From the NCBI GenBank assembly GCA_013265495.1, contig MU057880.1:1642527-1706526 (forward strand): a DNA stretch of 64,000 nucleotides, in the 5' to 3' direction. A program made the translations under genes and the position numbers. The notes under the pieces were generated by a model. It was not told the origin of the DNA, did not search any database, and saw nothing but the letters and a program-made list of their open reading frames with translations. Source of the DNA: Vicugna vicugna (Eukaryota). Position 1 is the first letter of the stretch. The number at the start of each line of letters is the position of its first letter. Shown here one piece after another: positions 50,535-64,000 of this stretch.

Positions 50535-51155
50535 AAGAAAAGACACATGTACCCCAATGTTCCCAGCAGCACTATATACAATAGCCAAGACATGGAAACA
50601 ACCTAAATGTCCATCGACCGATGACTGAATAAAGAAGCTGTGGTATATTTATACAATGGAATATTACTCAGCCATAAAAAAGAATAAAGTAATGCCATTT
50701 GCAGCAACATGGAGGCACCTGGAGACTGTCATTCTAAGTGAGGTAAGCCAGAAAGAGAAAGAAAAATACCATATGACATCACTCATATATCAAATCTAAA
50801 AAAAAAGAACACAGAAGAAACTAATGAACTCAACTACAAAACAGAAACAGACTTGCAGACATACTAAACAATCTTATGGTTACTGGGGGAAAAAGGGGGG
50901 GAAGGGATACATTGGGGGTTCAAGATTTGCAGATACTAACTACTATATATAAAATAAACAACAAGTTTCTACTGTACAGCACAGGAACTATATTCAATAT
51001 TCTGTAGTAACCTATAATGGAAAAGAATATGAAAATTAATACATGTATGTATATGTATGATTGAAACATTATGCCATAAACCAGAAATTGACACAACATT
51101 GTGATCTGACTATACTTCAATTTAAAGAAAAAAGAAATAAAAAAAAGAAAGAAAA
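50535..51155 (+). mobile_element. L1 ORF2 end + 3'UTR inserted in the A-tail of an older L1 remnant
   Basis: aaagacacatgtaccccaatgttc...atggaaacaacctaaatgtccatc...tatacttcaatttaaagaaaaaag. An older tail lies at ~50455-50520. Confidence 0.88.
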
Positions 51156-53339
51156 TCCCCCCCAAAAAAAATTGATAAAAGAGTAAATACCAACTTAATA
51201 ATTAGTTCAGACAACTAGTCATATTTTAGAGCCTTATATTAATACATTGTCATGTTGAAATAAAGAGTAGTCCTGAAGGGACAGGATACCAGCATGATTA
51301 TGGTTAATTTGGATGAAATGTTAACTGATTCAAAGCAGATCCTTTTATATCCTGGTATTAGACATGATACAATTCTTCAGGCTGAGATGTTTTATTCTTT
51401 GGAAATATTACCTCCTCTACACGCTACGTTACCAACCTGATGACCATTCCCATTGGCTCCATGCAGATTGCCTCTTCCACACCTGTCATAAGGAAATCGG
51501 CATTCTTCATTCCCAGAGCTCTGAGTCTCCACTTCAATTTTACAGTAAATGAACTAACGTGAATGTTTATGTGACCTGTATGATAATCAGGAAAAATGTA
51601 TCCATGGATTTTCTTAAACTGTGCATCTATTAAGTTCCCTGAAATTGGTTTTGGTTTTAAAGCAGAGTTAACGGGTGAGAGGTAGGAAACTCCAGGTCCC
51701 CTACAATGCCATCCCTCCCTGTCTTGGAAACTGAGTACACATGTCCCCCTCTGCCTTCTAAGGAAGCTGCATCCCTAGTAACTAAGAGGTGAAGTTTTTG
51801 GATCACCTCAGCAGGGACATGACAACGGCAAAGTGATGGAAGCTGGCCCACCCAGAATGCGGGAAAAAAATTCCCAACCAGAAGGAGGGAAATTGTCTAG
51901 AAGTTGTCAAGAAATTGTCTACAGAGAAGCAAAAGCATAATAATGTCAACTCAAATCAGTCTTTTTATCATCACCATGCATTGGCAATTCTAAATAATGC
52001 CAATAATAATGTTCTCCAGCCCCAAATGTTTTTGCTGGGATAGCTCTAAACAATCACAGTCATTGCTGTGTTGTCCCTTCACACCTGACAGCATTCTTTG
52101 CACACTGCTTATAACTAACAGTGTTTACTAAATAGATATATACAGGTTCAAGTGAATGAAATAATTTTCTCCACATCTCCCATGTGTTCTTTACACTATA
52201 AAACATGCAAAATAAAAGGAATTCTGTTGAAAGGAGAAACAGACACTAGAGGCAAGAAATTCCACTTGAATAATTCAAATTATTACTTTTAAAATCTCAT
52301 TGTGACATATTCTTTGGTATCTTTTATCTATACTCTTCTGGAAATGCACAAACATTTTTAAACCTTTATCCCTTAAGATATAACTCAGGTTGATAATAGA
52401 CAATTAAAGGAAGTTCCTTGAGAATCTTTATAGATATGTCTTACTGTTCTATCTCCCAGCCTAAATTTTCATAAAGAAATATATTTTGAATGCATTTTGT
52501 TATTCAATTCATTGAGCAGAACCATTTCTTAACAAGATATTCTAAAGGAGTTGGCTTTTTTGAAAGAACAGAGGATCGTTTGCAACTAACACAGTCAGCA
52601 GGAGCTCTGGGTGCTTCTACATTTTAAATCAATGCTGCTCATCACCTCCCACAAATAGTAGTGATTTTTAAGTTTATGAGCCTTGAAGCCTTGAATTAAT
52701 AAAAAATTTATGTTAGTTATATAACAGCACGGGCTAATCAGAGTAAGAGTAAGATTAGGTTCTAAGCCTGCAAGGAATAAAATCATATTAATCACCAGTA
52801 TTTTTAAATGTTGAAATAACTGGCATCTTAGTGAGAAAAACTATACTGATGTAAAAATGAAGACCTATTTCCCAGTGTGCTTCCAGTATCAGTAAGAAGG
52901 GTTAACTTTGGCAAAAGACGATTTTATGTGACAGCCTGTTTTAATTGCTTTATTTGCATTATCTCCTTTATTCCTTATTAACAATCCCATGAAGCTGGGA
53001 ACATTACTATTCTCATTTTATGGAGTAAATGAAAATGATAAAAAGTGAAGAACTAGCCTAAGGCAACACAGTTCTAAGTAGCTGATAGGAATTCAGTCAG
53101 CTGACTCCAGAGCTAAATATGTTCTGAAATCATTCTGCTCTAAACATGACCTCAAACTTTAATCGCGGAGACTTCTCAGGATGATAAATCACAAATAGAA
53201 ATTTAGTTTGTTAGTATTTGTAACATAGTTATTTATTAAGGGAAAAATAGCCAGTCAAAACACTAGATGGAAATAATCAATTAGATTTCAGTACTTTTCA
53301 GTAGGACACATTGAAATTAGACATCAAGGTATATTGGAC

Positions 53340-56300
53340 TTCCAGGTAGCTGAAGACAATGCCAGTTGCCTCATTCCACATCTCCCAATACCCTCTCCAT
53401 AAACAAAACAGAACAACAATAATAAAAAAGAACAACTAAACACTCACTCACACACACACAAAAGAAAGCCCTCAGCAAAGTGTGAAAATAAAGAATGCAC
53501 AAACTTCAAAAACCTATGATTTAGAAAGGAAAAAGGAAACAGCACACCAAATCTCATCCAGCAAACTCTTGCATACCTATCTTGCCCCATTCTTTTGCAT
53601 CAAACAAGGGCAGGATAAGAAAAATTGCAGGAAGGAGAAGGAAGCCAACGACAGGACAAAAGTTGCTACCGAACCATCGATAGAAGGAGGAAATCCACCT
53701 TAAGTGTGAAAATGCAAAAGGATGTCCCAACAGAGCACAGCAGAGAGAACAAAGCAGAAACTGAAAGACACATGTGATTTGAAACACTGGTCTTTGAACA
53801 ACAGAGCTTCTTGGAGGGAAAAAAAGAAGTGAGAGGCATTCATTGACCAACAGGTGGTGAAAAGTATGAAGCCAAAAATACGACTGAGGATTCAACAAGC
53901 GAAAAGAGAATAAAAAAATCAGATAATACAAGAATCATCACTACCCACGAAGGTATCAAACCAAAGAAGCTGACTTTGCCACACTTTCATTGGACCAAAG
54001 TTCTTGGAAATCATCTCAAATTTAAAACATAAAAAGAAAAGAACTTAAATCTCTGCAAAGATATAACAATTTTTTAAATGAGATTCAACACTCTTCAATT
54101 AAGAAATCCTCCATTCCTTGCCCACCAAAAATCAACCAAGAAGCACATTAAACAAAAAAACAAACATCAGCAACAAAAAAAAAATTACAGGACACTCAAA
54201 ACTGAATTAAGTACAATCCAGCAAACATTTGAAGATTGAAAACCAAAAAACAAAACAAACAAAACCCTGAGGTACAAATGCAAAAATTAAAAAGAGAAAT
54301 GAGTAAAAACTAAGGTATAAATAAGAACACAGTGGAATAAAAGACAAAGTTATCTCAGAAATAATTACTGAAATAGACAGTGAACAAAGGATATTTGATT
54401 CAAGTGAAAATTTAGTAAGGTCACTGAAGAAAGTCAAGAAAATACCCAAGAGAATGTAATTGAGATAAGGGAAGAACTAAATAGGTCAGAGAAAAAGTGG
54501 TGGAAATATAAGACAAGCAAAGGAGTATTTATACAACAGCAGTCCATGAAGGAGAACAAAACATTTTAGCATTTTAGAAATAGAATCTAAGAAAATTTTA
54601 TAGTAATAGAAGATATGAATATAACTATTGTAGTAATAAGAGAACTGAATATAACTGAGTGCATAAGTAAATTAACCCCAAACTATCAACTCTGACACAT
54701 AATTCTGGAAAAATGACTTGACTTCAACAATGAAGAATACATCTTCAGTGCCTCTAGACATTTGTGTGTATGTGTGTGCATATGTGTAATTACATGACTA
54801 GAAAAAGACAGGGAAAAGGGTAGAATACTTTTATGTGACTCTCATGGACAATAGTGGCAATGTTATAGAAATATTGCAATTAAAACTGGAAAAGGGGAGG
54901 AGATAAGAAGAGAATAGAAGAAACTCGTTGATTGTCATACAGGCAATTCATGTGGATAAAAGATAATATTAAAAACTGACAAACTAGATTGTAGAATATT
55001 GAATAACAAAACTGAGGACCAAAAGCTTTAAAAGTTAAAAACATACTACAGTAAAAGTACTAGAGTAAAAAAAAACTACTCGTAAAACATCGTGTAAATA
55101 CAACCAAACCTTCTTAATTATCAAAAATTAGGCAAGTTAAGAATACACATCTCATAGAAAAAGAAGCATAGCAAATATAACACACATAAAACATCTTGAC
55201 AGAGCTGAGAACATATTAACTCACCTACTGAAAGAAAACGGTTTTCACAATGTAACATCCAAAATTACTCTGTGCACATAAAACATACATAAAACACATG
55301 AACCCTGAAAGCTGACATGAAAGAGAAGCACAAAGGCACATGGGCAACTGGAGACGTGAGAAAGAGGTACAGTGACCCTCACTAGAAATAAGCCCAAAAT
55401 ACATTAAACATGACAAAGAAAGGCCTCGTTTAATGTGAAAAGTCACCATTCACAGTGCAGATATGACACAAACACGACAAGAGTTGTAAGGAGCCAGATC
55501 AAAACACATCAGTAAAAGGCGATTTTCATACACTTCTCTCAAAATAAGACAAGTCGAGTGGACAAAAATAAATAAGCACATAGAAGATCTAAGCAACATA
55601 CTCCCTGCAGTGGATTTTATGGACGGCTGGTAAACTTGACACCCTGACAACTGAAAAGATACCTTCTTAAGCACTCACGTGACATTCACAAAATTCATCA
55701 TGTATTAAGTTACACACACATAGAGAATCACTAGATTCTGTAAAGTAGGCTTATTAAACAACAATCTCTCATCAAAATAGAATAAAAATTATTAACCAAA
55801 ATGGAAACCACCTATTAAATCAAAAGCGAAAAGGAAAGGTAAAAGCCTAATATTAAACAATTAAAGTAAAAAGGAAAGTAAACTAAATTACTTGTATTTA
55901 TGATATATGTTAAGGCAAAGATCAGAAGAAAGCACTAAACTCTTTTTTAGTAAAAGTTAAGGCATTAAATGAACAAAATTTAAAAGTAAGAATAAAGTAT
56001 AAAAATATAAGAAGTAAAGTATAAAGTATAGAATAAATTATACAAGTATTTTATAAAAATCTTGATTAAAATTTTAATTTTTAATGAATAAAATATAATT
56101 GGGGGCTCAAAAATAACAAAAGGAAGAAGTAAAAAGAAAGAGAAGGGGAAGAAATCACTAAAGTTTTCTTAAACACTAATGAAATAGAGGATAGGAAAAT
56201 AACAGGCCTATGTAAGACACTGAAATCCTGTTTAGGGGGTCGATTTGTTCTGGTTTGTTTAAGTAACCAATGAAAGAAATCACTGCATAATTTGCTTAAG

Positions 56301-57160
56301 AAAGAAAATGAGAAAAATACAAACGCAAAAAATGGAGAAAGTCAAAGGGACATAACCATTTAAAGAGAAAACATTTTTTAAAAATCCTAAGAGATTAGTT
56401 TGCAAACACAGTGTGCAAATAACTTTGAATGAATGATTAAATAAACATCACCATCTGGCAAAAGCCACAATTAATAACTTTCAGGAAAGAATTATCAATG
56501 GATGCTGAACTTTGTGGGTTAACCGGGATGAAAAACAGGCTTTTTAAAATTTATTTAAATGGTTTCAAATATTTCTCCAGTACATTCTTCCTAATTGCAA
56601 AGGGGCTAGTGTAAATTTATAGTGGAGGAACCAAGACCACACCCCTTATACAAAGCAATAACAATTAACACCCAAAATGAACCAAATCAACATCATATTG
56701 ATATGATACCCTGAGAAATGTGGGTCATCACTTTATTGTATTCCTGTTGAAAGTACATAAGTTGAATTTAGTCATGAGGAAGCATCAGACAAAACCAAAT
56801 TGAGGAGGATTCTGCAAAATACCTGTTCAGAACTTACAAAGCTAGAATGGTCCTGAAAGACAAGTGTTAAGAAACTATCCTAAGTTAGAAGGACACATAA
56901 CTAAATGCAGTGTTATCCTGGAGTATTTTCTGATCCAGAAAAAAAAAAAACATTAGGACAACTGATGAATTTTGAATAAAGTCTGTAAAAGTAGTTCCTA
57001 GAGTTGTATCATTGTTAATTCCTGGTTTTTATAACTGAATTACAATCACAGAACGTTAATATTTGAGGAGGCTGGGTTGCAAGGGCTTTTTATAATATTT
57101 TTTGCAAATTTACTGTCTGATTTTATTTCAAAACAAAACGTTAAAAACTAAAAACATAAT
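53340..57160 (+). mobile_element. Ancient degenerate L1M body (ORF1/ORF2 remnants) with an L1MC/MD-like 3' segment (~56430-57150)
   Basis: A-rich; endonuclease-region remnants (gcactcacgtgacattcacaaaattcatcatgtattaag); ttagtcatgaggaagcatcagacaaaaccaaattgagg motif. Confidence 0.55.
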
Positions 57161-58944
57161 GAACAAATGAACTTAAGGAAAGAAAATCTTTTTTAAATCT
57201 TTAACAATCTAGAATCATATAAAAACAATAAGTTAATTTTGGATTTGGGCACACTATTTTTTTTCTAGATAAACTAAAGAACAACATACTTAGTAGGTAA
57301 AGCTAAATATTGATTTGACAAGGAATCTATTTTTATTTCTGGAATATAAGTCAAGGTGAAAAATAATTTAAGAACGAGAATTTATTAATATATAGATAAT
57401 CATAGGGCAATAACTTAGAATGTAAATATCTGTCAGGACTTATAAAAGTAATTCACTTACGAAAAAAAGGAAGATACTTGATAACATATATTTTAAATAA
57501 ATTTAAATAAAGATTGGGTTTTTTTGGTCAGTTAACCAATAGAAGTTTAGATCATCAATTTTCATCCACTTATTTTATGTTATTTAAAAGACACACTATG
57601 TATGTGACTTAAGTATATCTACATATATAATAGTTTTGCATTACAAAGGACAAAAATCTTTATTCTTACCAAAATATCACTTCAGGGCTTTGGGTATGTT
57701 TGTTTGTTTGTTTGTTTTGGTGGGTTCTTAAACAATTTTTTGGTAATTTATGGGAAAAGAATAGATAATTTGAGGGCATGATAAAAAAGCTTAATTACTC
57801 AGTTGCTTATAATAAGAAACAAGATAAAGATGAGAAGGAATATTTTGTTCGGGGCAGCTGTATCCTAGGAAGCTTTATTTAAAATACTCATTGTGAATTT
57901 AACAGAAGTATTTAGCTCTAAGACAACAAACAGATTGAACTACCAATTTACGTAGCAAAACATCTTAAATTTATATTTTAAATCTGTATTTTTAAAGGGA
58001 TTTAATGGAACGTTATCTCCAGCTGACAAATTACACATGCCAGCTTCAAGCTAGTTAATCATCCTGGAAAAACCAGCCTTCCTTGCCGTTCCACTGACAA
58101 CCCACCTGCAGGTAACTGAGTCTGGCTTCCACTGTTCCTCTTAAGATTTAAAGGATTTAAAATGCATAGCACTACAGTGGGATATTAACTCTGATGCACT
58201 GCAATTCCGCACACATAAAACTCGGAGGATTTAAAATAAATCTGTTGAGATAAAATGAAGATGATTTTTAAACAAATCTTGTTTAAGAACCGTGAACTTC
58301 AGTGTAAGATCCACAGTGCCCAAGGCAGACCACGACCAAGTTCATCTATAAGGCCAAGCTCTTAAAATTGGCAGACTGTAAATCAGTATTTATTGTGGGC
58401 TTAAGAGAGATCCCGTACATGTGGTGAACTTCCTGGGTAAAACAAACAAGGATGGGCCATAAAAACACTAAACAGTTTATCAGTTATGCTAATCACATAA
58501 CCAGGACCCCATCTACCTGCATTTAGAAAGACACCAGCCATTTATTATCATCACAGACAGTCAACAGGATTGAGGTCAAACAGCACCTGCCAAGCGTCCA
58601 TCAAGACATCATATTTTAGCTTCAACATGGAGAATAATATCATACTTGTCTTAGTGAATTTGGATGATTTCAACCCAAATCTTCAGGAAGATTACCTTTT
58701 CAGTCAACTATTAGAAAAACTGAAATGATCTCAGGCTAATGATCCCAATGAAACATTGGTCAAATCATATTTTTATGCTTTCAGAAACATGGGCTTACAA
58801 AGGGAATATTATTAAAAAGTCCTTTATATCTGAGGTTAAACTTTTAGAAAAAAATCTGAGAAAAGAAAGCAACAATGATCATAAGCAAAAACTACTGGGA
58901 AAGAGCAGCAGTTGCATGGGTCATTTTTTAAACAATATAATTCT

Positions 58945-59143
58945 TATTTTTTATTGAAGTGAAGTCAGTTTACAATGTTAGTTTCAGGTGTACAGCAAAG
59001 CGATTCAGTTATGCATATACATACATATATTGTTTTTTTTGATTCTTCTCCAATTCAGCTCATTACAAGAAATTGAATATAGTTCCCTGTGCTCTACATT
59101 AGTTTGGGATTAATAGATACATATTACTGTGTATAAAATAGAC
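58945..59143 (-). mobile_element. Very short 5'-inverted L1
   Basis: Antisense tail 58945-59098, then a sense piece agtttgggattaatagatac...aaaatagac (59099-59143). Degenerate TSD catgggtcattttt / cctggattattttt. Confidence 0.75.
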
Positions 59144-60635
59144 ACCTGGATTATTTTTAAAACTGAATTTTATGAACAGTAAAACCAAAGTAATTACCCA
59201 GAGTTCTTTAGCATTTGTCACTCTTAGTAGAGTGAACGTATCTGTGTATTCTGGCTTGCCTGTAGTTCCAAAATCATTATTAAAATGCCTCCTTTTGTTT
59301 TCAAAATGCCCAGTTTAGTTACACAGTCTCCATACTATAATGCACATAATGGGGAATTCAGTGATTCATCAGTGTTGAAGAATCGCCAGCAAATTAACCG
59401 ACATCCTGATGGCGTTCTCATTAGCTCACCTGCACATTTAAGGCAAATGCTCGACCTTTAACTTCACATCAATCACTTAAGAAAAAGGAGCCCATTTACT
59501 GAAAAAATAAAAAGAAGATACTTTGACTCCTTTGAGAACTTGTTCCTTACATTACGTCAGCCAACCGGCAGTGTTGGCATCACCTGGAAGCTTGTTAGAC
59601 CACAGATCTAGACCTGCTGACCCCACATCTCAACCAAATTGGAAGTGACTCACATGCACATTTTAATTTAAGAGCCACTGGTGTACAGGGCACCCAGACA
59701 GAAAGCTGTGTGAATCCAAGCTTGCTTCCTGTCTAGATGTGTCTGGGCTACTGACACCCCCACCTTCTGGAGCGTGGCTAGACAGAGTGGTACCCTTCAC
59801 CTCTCAGCCAAGGATAACTGACGGAGGAGAATTTACTTTCCAGGTGAATCCCTAACGAGATCAACGTACAACACCCAACTGCTTGCAGGAGCCACACTGT
59901 CTCTCCCAGCTCCTGTGCTCAATGCAGTCATCACCCTGCGAGCGATTATATAAGAAACCAGGACAGGAAGGAGGCTCAGGGTGAATCTCATTGGCTTCTG
60001 TCCACAGAATACCCACGCATGACTTGGAGCGCTCCAACTTCTACTGGATCAAAGCCTTTCTTATCTAGAAAAACACTTTATGAACCAAATCATCCTTTCA
60101 GATGGACAGGATTAACTCCAAAACAGGCTTAACTTTTGTTTGTGGTACAATTTGAGTTAGAGCCACTATTTAAGTGTGCCATTGGGATCTATTTCCCACT
60201 TCCTCCCCCAGGATGGGTCAGGGAACGGGTGGTAGGGGTCAGGTGCAGTAGATCAGGCATGAAAATCGTTATCTGCAAAGGAAGGTATGCATTAAATGCC
60301 TTAAATGGATTCAAGCTTTTCTTTCCAACTCTCTAAAGTAGGTAATCATCATAAGAGATTTAAGAAATGCTCTTAATAACCGTACATTTGCAAGTTGCTA
60401 CTTACATTACCTTTTCTTTTTTCAGGCTTCAAAGATGGAGAAGCTGTTCACCAAAGAGTGTTTAAATACCCTAAGATCACCACATGTGGAGAAGTCATTC
60501 AAAAGAGTGACAGGTCAAAATAAAGCAATTAATAGCCAGAGAGGAGAAAAAGAGTCTCTAATCAAACCAACGTGGAAAAGCAGATAATAGAGAATGTAGA
60601 CTTAGCATTTATAGAGACATTAGAAAGAAGAAATG

Positions 60636-60658
60636 TTTTCTTCTCTTTTTCTTTTCTC

Positions 60659-60689
<31 letters not shown>

Positions 60690-60721
60690 CTTCCCTTCCC
60701 TTCCCTTCCCTTCCTTTTTTT
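60636..60721. repeat. Polypyrimidine tract (TTTTC)n/(CCCTT)n
   Basis: About 85 nt of only C and T. Confidence 0.95.
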
Positions 60722-63700
60722 GCTACAAACTCAAAACACATTAAGGAAAGTTATAAGCAAAGAGCTAGCATAAGGTAGGGGTCCAGCAAAGAAGATCTGA
60801 CTTTTCCAGTGTTAAGAGTCATTGCAATTTCTTTGTAAAAAGGACCTGGCACTATTATCTATGTTAAATATGTGTGTGAAATTGTATAGTTCTGCTAATC
60901 TTTTAAAATCTAGTCATTACAGCCATCAAGTTCTGAATTAGACTTGCTGCGTGTTTCTGTATTTAAATATTTGAGTATCTTCATCTGATTACTGCCAGAA
61001 GGAGAAAAAAAAAAAGGTATAAGAACCTTGCCTTTGCAAATGCAGATGAATAAAGCTTATTTCCTTCTGCGGTCTCCATACGTTACATTAAGTTATTGGG
61101 AGCATTTTATTAAGTAAATCGGAAAGTTCTGCCGATATCAGAATCAATATTAGCAGTGTACCATTTCCCAATTAAAACACTGTTATTTGGGCTGTTTTAT
61201 TAGTTTTTCAAAAGGAAGGTGAAGAAGGTAAAATCTATGTAAGAAAAAGAAAGGGAAGACATGATGTGAGGATATTGGGAATGAGAAAAGAGATATTTAA
61301 TGTTTAACATAATATAAATAATAAGTATCATAAGTACAATATATCTAAGTCATGGGCCAAGGGGCTGATTTGTTTTCCAGCTACAGACATCATCCTAACA
61401 CGCAGGTACAAACGTTCCTCATCCCATCCACTTTGATTCTCTTAAAGGAACAGATGGTTTCTCCAGTAAAAGTTTGTTGCTTTAAAAACTAGCCATGCAC
61501 TGAAACAGTGCAGGGTCCCTCCACCAGAGTCGGACGGGTTATACTTCTAGTAAAGGGGAAAAAAAAGCAGACGAACTTAAATTCTAGGTCAACGTGTACT
61601 CTGATGTAGGTTACTAAAATTTTTTGCTAGCACTGTGAGACATAAATAGCAGACTCAGAAGCGAGGGTCAGAGCCTCAGATTTAAGAAGACCCCCTCTTT
61701 TATTGTATTTCTTTGTGTCTTTTTCCTCTCCTTTGACAGTGTCAGACGCCCCTGCCCCACTTCTGTTCCCTTTCCTGATTCTTTTACTCACAATCACACA
61801 TCAGGGGGCCCCGTTACATCTATTTCTTCTCACGATCATTACCCCTGTCTCCGCTTATACCTTGTGTCTGGTGACAGCCTCACACGGGCATCCAGCCTCC
61901 AGTCCCGACTCATCCTCCACTCTTAGTCTAAAATACATTTTTACAGCTCCCACAGGGAAATGCATACATATAGATGCAAGAATCCATAGCTTCTACCCTC
62001 CTCAGGATTAAACCATCTCTTGGTTTCTAAAACATGGGCTGTGTTCCATGGAAGGCTAACCAGAAATATGGTATAATAAGAAAAGATCGCACACAGGCAA
62101 CAGAGATCAAGATTTCAGTACCAATTGGTGAGAGTGCATTAAGCTTCTCATTTGAAGGAGATGCAATGATTCTGTGAAGTTATCAAACAGCATTTAATAA
62201 GTTACCTTTTTCTAGACACTACAATTCCCTGCATAGCTAAAGTGTGAATAACCTCAAAAATGAAATGAAACACTATTTCTTCCCTTTGCTTCATAAAATA
62301 TTTCAAAACATCCTTTTAAATTTCTACTACTATATTCTAATGCCTGTTACTGTACATCAAAACTGCTGTTTGGGGATTCAAACGATGTCCCCACTTTAAA
62401 AACCCCTTCTTTCCAAAAGTATAATCAGGTATATTAATAGGTGGATATATTTGTTTTAAAATCCACTATCTTGGGATTTAGTGTGGTAAAATACATTTCA
62501 ATTTGCTATTTTACAAATATTAAAAGACACAAACTCCTATTAATTTTATTATTTCATTTGAAATTAAATCTTTTGTTATTCATCATTGGATTGTAGATGA
62601 TATTTATAAATTATAAACATACATTTTTCACATCCTCATTTTCGTTTTCAAGCGTATTTTGAATTAGAGATATAATATTCACCTGCCTTTTTTTTTTTGG
62701 AGAAAACAAAGATTCAATAATCACTTACTCAATGTCTCTATCCTTGAGGAATTGATTGTTCAGAAAACAGGTGACATAAATTATGTAATATGGCATGAGT
62801 GGTCTGCAATTATAAACAACGGTCCAGGACAGCACAGGGGTTGGCTATGAAAAACAGTCATGGAAGACTTCTTGGAAGAGGTGATATATATTCTGGGTCT
62901 TGCCAAATGGGTACAAATACTAAGGGTATTGAGAGCCTGTGGATATTCTCTGCAGAATGAGAAGTATGGTCAAATGTATAGAGGTATGAAATAATCCTGT
63001 TTTGAAGGAAAAAGTAGGAGGGTTTTCTTTTTTTATAATTAGACTTCAAGATATGTTTGAATTTTGCTTAAGAATGTGGCTAACAAGAAGAAATGGACTT
63101 TGTGTAACTTGCTGAAGACTTCTTCTCACAGCAGATGGGGAACCAGTAAAATATGAGAGTGAGATATGAAGTTTTGTGTTTTTTTTTTTTTACAAAAAAG
63201 ATATCCCAGTAGTATTTTGAATAACTGGTCAGAGGGCAGGCAGTGCAGTCATGAGATGGCTGCAAAATTTCAGTGAAGGGTGAGGGCTTAGCAGCAGGGG
63301 AGGGAGTGATGCTTCAGGTCAGGGAGTGGTGAGGCTGTGGATCTGACCAGACATAGCACATATGTGCCAGTGACAGAGGTGTGTCAGTGTGACAAAGATC
63401 ATAGTCACAGCTGAGCGGAGTAGGAAGAACACGAGGGGAAGGTGCTTTCTGGAGTACGTGGCTGCAGGTGTCAAGGGGCAGCTGTCGGAGTGAGGCTGCC
63501 CTTCCCTTGAGAGTGATCAAAAGAAAGTTCCAAGCGCTAGGACTGAGATGTCATTTCCCCTACTTTCTCCACCATCAGCAGGACCAAAAAGGAGCCTCAG
63601 ACACCCATCCATCTGACCACCCAACCACACACCCTAGACATCTCCATCTGCCTTGAGTCAATCAGGACTGAATTTATCACGCCTTTCATGTCCCTTTTTA

Positions 63701-64000
63701 TGTCAGTCACTGAAACAACACTCGACGCACAGGTCCCTCTCCACCTGATGTGCACTGAGCTCCTTCAGGCTCTAGGCATTGCCTTTGTGGTCCTTTCTGA
63801 CCAAACCTCCAACTGCTGAAATTATTTACTATGCCCTAGAGAATTTCTGCTCCATCATCAGTAAAATTTCTATTTCCAAATCTGTCCTGAGCATTCCTTT
63901 CACTTACTTAGTCTGATAAGAACATCGTTGTCCCCTAAAGAAACTCCTTCCCTGGCTGTCTTCTGAACTGCGACATTTTCCTCCAGTTGCCTTCATACTA

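Noticed and set aside
51364..51552. Protein-like stretch in unique DNA
   Set aside because: No recognisable homology, stops in the alternative frame, and no convincing splice pair.
1..64000. CRISPR arrays, operons or other prokaryotic or novel multi-gene systems
   Set aside because: The sequence is clearly mammalian and repeat-rich, with no regularly spaced repeat-spacer array and no long intact ORFs.

Overview
AT-rich, repeat-dense mammalian intergenic or intronic DNA, most likely from a camelid (Vic-1-type tRNA-Ala SINE at 45839), with one assembly gap (160-205). I can support no intact protein-coding gene. The only recognisable gene-derived sequence is a full-length processed ferritin light chain (FTL) pseudogene (19044-19894) with a decayed IRE, lost ATG, frameshifts, poly(A) signal and TSD. 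The rest is L1 fragments (three with 5' inversions), four solo LTRs of one ERV1-like family, a MER41-like LTR, another solo LTR, MLT1, MER5/Tigger DNA transposons, MIRs and microsatellites. The most notable observations: (1) a perfectly identical 150-bp tract shared by two otherwise diverged inverted LTRs 22 kb apart; (2) a new 155-codon ORF and apparent GC-biased decay in the FTL retrocopy; (3) GAS motifs in the MER41-like LTR; (4) a tentative LTR-proximal minus-strand spliced transcript. I found no convincing new biological system. Repeat family names come from recalled consensus similarity, and repeat boundaries are approximate.
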